Positions 60,975 through 64,000 of a stretch of 64,000 nt of DNA are shown in pieces. The DNA lies in the NCBI GenBank assembly GCA_050950165.1, contig JBMNHC010000001.1, positions 255,151 to 319,150 of the forward strand, in the 5' to 3' direction. The notes under the pieces are model-generated. The model did not search any database, was not told the origin of the DNA, and saw nothing but the letters and a program-made list of their open reading frames with translations. The number at the start of each line of letters is the position of its first letter. Position 1 is the stretch's first letter. The position numbers were made by a program, and so were the translations under genes. This stretch comes from Candidatus Dojkabacteria bacterium. Its GTDB lineage: Bacteria > Patescibacteriota > Dojkabacteria > SC72.

Positions 60975-61128
60975 CCTATTATACTACACTTTTGCCTTTT
61001 AGACTAGGATAATTCACTTCTAGCTTGATAATATTCTAATCTATTTTGTTTACATCTCACCAACTCTAATATTTAATAAACCTCTCCTTTATAGACAAAC
61101 GAGAAATGCTTTCATATAATGGATATAT

Positions 61129-61776
61129 ATGAAAAAGTGGAAATCTGCCTTAATAGCTATATCTATTGTTCTTGTTCTCTCTTTACTTCTCTTCTTTTTA
61201 CCACCAGAGAATATATTTAAACAGATACCGATAATAAAGACCTTCTATCAAAATACTACTTTAGAAATCACTATGCCGAATGGAAAAGCTATGGTTAAAA
61301 TAAATGGAAAAGAGTATGGAGAAACACCTACAAATATACAAAGTTTAGTTGCAGGAGAGTATGAAGTAGAACTAGAAAGAATATCCTCTCAAGATGGGTA
61401 TTACAAACCTCAGAAGTTTAAAGTCTTACTAACTAAAAACAGTACATCTAGAATAAATATGGAGATAGGACCAGATGATAACTTACACGGCTCTATACTC
61501 TACTACTCTGAAGACAGAAGTGTTAGTAATAAGGGGAAATTAACAATAACTACAAACTCTCCCAGTACAAAGGTATACCTAAATTCAGAATTCTTAAAAT
61601 CAACACCAATTACAAATCTAGATATGGATGAAGGAGAATACGAACTACTCTTAGAAGCAGAAGGCTATGAATCCCTAAGCCTACCAGTAGTTATTAGAAA
61701 AGGATATATACTTAATATAAAGGGATATTTACTACCAATATCTCTAATATTTGATAAACAAGAGAGCAATGAGTAA
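61129..61776 (+). CDS. PEGA domain-containing membrane-anchored protein
   Basis: An N-terminal TM is followed by two PEGA-like units (MVKINGKEYGETPTNIQSLVAGEYEVELERISSQDGY; KVYLNSEFLKSTPITNLDMDEGEYELLLEAEGYES). Confidence 0.65.
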   Translation: MKKWKSALIAISIVLVLSLLLFFLPPENIFKQIPIIKTFYQNTTLEITMPNGKAMVKINGKEYGETPTNIQSLVAGEYEVELERISSQDGYYKPQKFKVLLTKNSTSRINMEIGPDDNLHGSILYYSEDRSVSNKGKLTITTNSPSTKVYLNSEFLKSTPITNLDMDEGEYELLLEAEGYESLSLPVVIRKGYILNIKGYLLPISLIFDKQESNE

Positions 61777-64000
61777 CACAGACTTAACAAAGATAAAAGG
61801 ACAAACACCTGTATCGATAATAGTACATGGAGGAACATATATTGGGTTTCTTCTTGCTAAAACATTGTTAGAACAGGGAAGTCAGGTAGTAATAATAGAT
61901 AGATATACATCTAAATCGAAAGAGTATTTCTCTATACTTAAAAAGAGTGGAAAGGTTAGCTTTATAGACTTTAAAGGTTTAAAAAACTTCTATGAAAAAA
62001 TAGCAAGAATAGATTACATGTTCTATCTACTTGGTGATTTGCTAGAGAGGAAAAATAGCGTAGATAGTAAAGATTTCCTCTCTGAGACTGATTACTTAGG
62101 AAGTAGCTTAACCTCTGCACATAAATTTAAAGCTAAAGTATCCTTAGTAACATCACTTAGGTTAAACAGAGAGCTTTCTAACAGGGTAAATAACGAAAGA
62201 AGTGGGAAAAGCTCTCCTTACACAACACTAGAATTACAAAGATATGCAGAAAACTTTGTTGCTGAGTATGTAGATAAAACAAAATCTAACGTTAGAATAT
62301 TAAGATTAGGAACTGTTTTAGGAAAAGGTGTAGAGAATCTCTCGGATAATGTTTTGGATAAGCTCTTTACTGACGCTACACAGAAACCTCAAATAGAGAT
62401 ATTGGGAGAAGGGTTGGAGGTACATAACCTAATACACGAAAGTGATGCTATATACGGTATTCTTAAACTAACATTTGATGACAAAACAAAGGGAGAAGTA
62501 ATATCTCTTTGTAACAAAAATGACTACACTACACTATCCTTAGCATACAAACTACTAGAATTAGATGTAGAGTCTAAAGCTATACGATTTGTAGAAAGAA
62601 CAGATACTGACTCTGTTTTACAAGACCTTTACACACCTGCACCTAATGCTTCAGACTACTCTTGGAAACAGAGAATTGCACTAGAAGAATCTGTAATAGA
62701 GCAAGCTAAGTCTTACTATGCAAAATCTGATAAAAAATGGGATGTTTCTAAAGCAGAACTGAAGAAGGAGAAAAAAGAACTCTCTACGGTATCTAAAACT
62801 AAACTAGGACTTTTCCTATACAACATATTCTCACCTATAAAACAGGCCTTATCTCCAGAAAAATTCTTTAGTGAAATTAGCTATACAAAGATATTCAGAT
62901 GGTTAACAGCAATAGTTGTATCGATAATAGCAATATATTACTTTCTCTCTCCAATACTAGGGATATCTCTAAGTTCATACTTGATATATTCAGAAACAAA
63001 GAATATTAAAATCTCATTTGAAAAACTAGACTTTGAAACAATTGGAAGAAAAGCACCTGCAATATCTAACAATATTGTAAAGATAGAGAATAATCTCTCT
63101 AGACTTTACTGGCTATTCAACCTTACTAACAGTAAAGAGATGTACAGAAGTGCAAGTCAACTCATTCAAGGTAGTAAATATGCAATGGATAGTGCATCAG
63201 ATCTTGTACTAGGCTTACAACCACTAGGAGAATATATTAAAGACTTTAAACCAGCACTTACTTTTGACTCTGCAACTACATCTACAACAAGAGAGTATAG
63301 AGAATATCTTTTAGCTATGAACGATAATCAGTATAACCTGAGAGAGGGGATATATAAAATGAGTCTAGCTCAGAGTTTAATAGATAGTGTCAACACAAAG
63401 GGTTTTCCTAAATATCTACAAAATTTCGTACTAGAATACAAAGGTACAATAGAAGATGTTAATAATGCAGTACTACCATTAGAGAAGGTTGTACAATTTC
63501 TACCAGATCTTTTAGGAGTAAATGAGAGACAGAGATATTTAATATTGCTACAAAATGATGGAGAGATACGAAGTAGTGGAGGATGGATAACAAGCTATGC
63601 AGTTTTAGCCATAGAAGGAGGACAGATAAGGGAGTTGTTCGTAGATGATATATATAATGCAGAAGGAACCTTAAAGATAAAAGGACATTCATACAAAACA
63701 CCTACCTCAATGATTAGAGCCCTGTCAGATATTCCATATACTTTCTCTTTAATAAACTGGAATCCTAATCTAGACAGTATCATGACAGATTCCGAACAGT
63801 TCATATATGATTTGGGTAAGGGTAATGATATAGATGGAATAATTACAATAGATACAGTATTTTTACAGAAACTCTTAGATAGATGGGGAGGAGTAGAAGT
63901 ACCTGGCGAGTCTGAGATAATTACATCTACTAATCTATACCAAAAAATATTTGAAATGCATACTGAATTTACACCAGGATCGACTAGGAAATCATCTTTC
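61769..64000 (+). CDS. Fusion protein: N-terminal NAD-dependent epimerase/dehydratase-like Rossmann domain, a TM segment and a C-terminal DUF4012 domain. It is partial and continues beyond the window.
   Basis: This ORF is not in the provided track; I translated it myself from the ATG at 61769. It gives MSNTDLTKIKGQTPVSIIVHGGTYIGFLLAKTLLEQGSQVVIIDRY (Rossmann). A TM follows (WLTAIVVSIIAIYYFLSPILGISL). Further on, RYLILLQNDGEIRSSGGWITSYAVLAIEGGQIRELFVDDIYN matches the DUF4012 core. There is no stop before position 64000. Confidence 0.7.
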   Translation, partial: MSNTDLTKIKGQTPVSIIVHGGTYIGFLLAKTLLEQGSQVVIIDRYTSKSKEYFSILKKSGKVSFIDFKGLKNFYEKIARIDYMFYLLGDLLERKNSVDSKDFLSETDYLGSSLTSAHKFKAKVSLVTSLRLNRELSNRVNNERSGKSSPYTTLELQRYAENFVAEYVDKTKSNVRILRLGTVLGKGVENLSDNVLDKLFTDATQKPQIEILGEGLEVHNLIHESDAIYGILKLTFDDKTKGEVISLCNKNDYTTLSLAYKLLELDVESKAIRFVERTDTDSVLQDLYTPAPNASDYSWKQRIALEESVIEQAKSYYAKSDKKWDVSKAELKKEKKELSTVSKTKLGLFLYNIFSPIKQALSPEKFFSEISYTKIFRWLTAIVVSIIAIYYFLSPILGISLSSYLIYSETKNIKISFEKLDFETIGRKAPAISNNIVKIENNLSRLYWLFNLTNSKEMYRSASQLIQGSKYAMDSASDLVLGLQPLGEYIKDFKPALTFDSATTSTTREYREYLLAMNDNQYNLREGIYKMSLAQSLIDSVNTKGFPKYLQNFVLEYKGTIEDVNNAVLPLEKVVQFLPDLLGVNERQRYLILLQNDGEIRSSGGWITSYAVLAIEGGQIRELFVDDIYNAEGTLKIKGHSYKTPTSMIRALSDIPYTFSLINWNPNLDSIMTDSEQFIYDLGKGNDIDGIITIDTVFLQKLLDRWGGVEVPGESEIITSTNLYQKIFEMHTEFTPGSTRKSSF

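Noticed and set aside
1-64000. Alternative genetic code (UGA recoded)
   Set aside because: Very long ORFs (rpoC, rpoB, dnaK, groEL) are uninterrupted under the standard code. If UGA were a sense codon, the standard-code ORF track would fragment these genes.
1-64000. CRISPR arrays, tRNA or rRNA genes, transposases and integrases
   Set aside because: No regularly spaced direct repeats were seen. No GC-rich roughly 75-nt cloverleaf-like islands appear in the AT-rich intergenic regions. No transposase or integrase motifs appear in any ORF. Intergenic spaces are mostly under 120 nt.

Overview
This 64 kb window is low in GC (roughly one third by eye) and gene-dense. It uses the standard genetic code: long ORFs such as rpoB and rpoC are intact. 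I found no rRNA, tRNA, CRISPR array, transposase or integrase.

The content reads as a core chromosomal segment of a small-genome bacterium. By inference from gene content only, it may come from the Candidate Phyla Radiation (Patescibacteria). The clues are membrane-anchored surface proteins, a DUF4012 protein, a PrgI-like/VirB4-like module and short versions of several housekeeping enzymes.

Housekeeping genes identified:
- the alaS-ruvX-mltG block
- a cell-wall polymer ligase (LCP family) and holA
- rpsT, lepA and recF
- the folD-dcd-sufS-like tight cluster
- groES-groEL and hrcA-grpE-dnaK
- rplY, rpsG, rpsL, rpoC and rpoB
- ftsK, a rodZ-like gene, dnaG and rsmA
- murJ
- a partial dnaJ at the 5' edge

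Three CIRCE-like inverted repeats lie upstream of dnaJ, groES and hrcA. This defines a dispersed HrcA heat-shock regulon. Two of the three sites sit directly downstream of a TTGACA-N17 -10 promoter.

Accessory content:
- a sortase with an orphan solute-binding protein and several large membrane-anchored surface proteins (Ig-like, FN3-like, DUF11-like and PEGA domains)
- a minimal type IV secretion-like module: a PrgI-like protein plus a VirB4-like ATPase whose N-terminal domain is a separate overlapping ORF
- a Lon-like AAA+ ATPase without LON or protease domains
- a polymerase-beta-type nucleotidyltransferase with a C-terminal TM helix
- an HExxH metallopeptidase-like protein next to an XRE/LexA-like regulator
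- a partial epimerase-DUF4012 fusion at the 3' edge

I could not identify a clearly novel multi-gene system. The oddities worth follow-up are listed as findings with modest scores.
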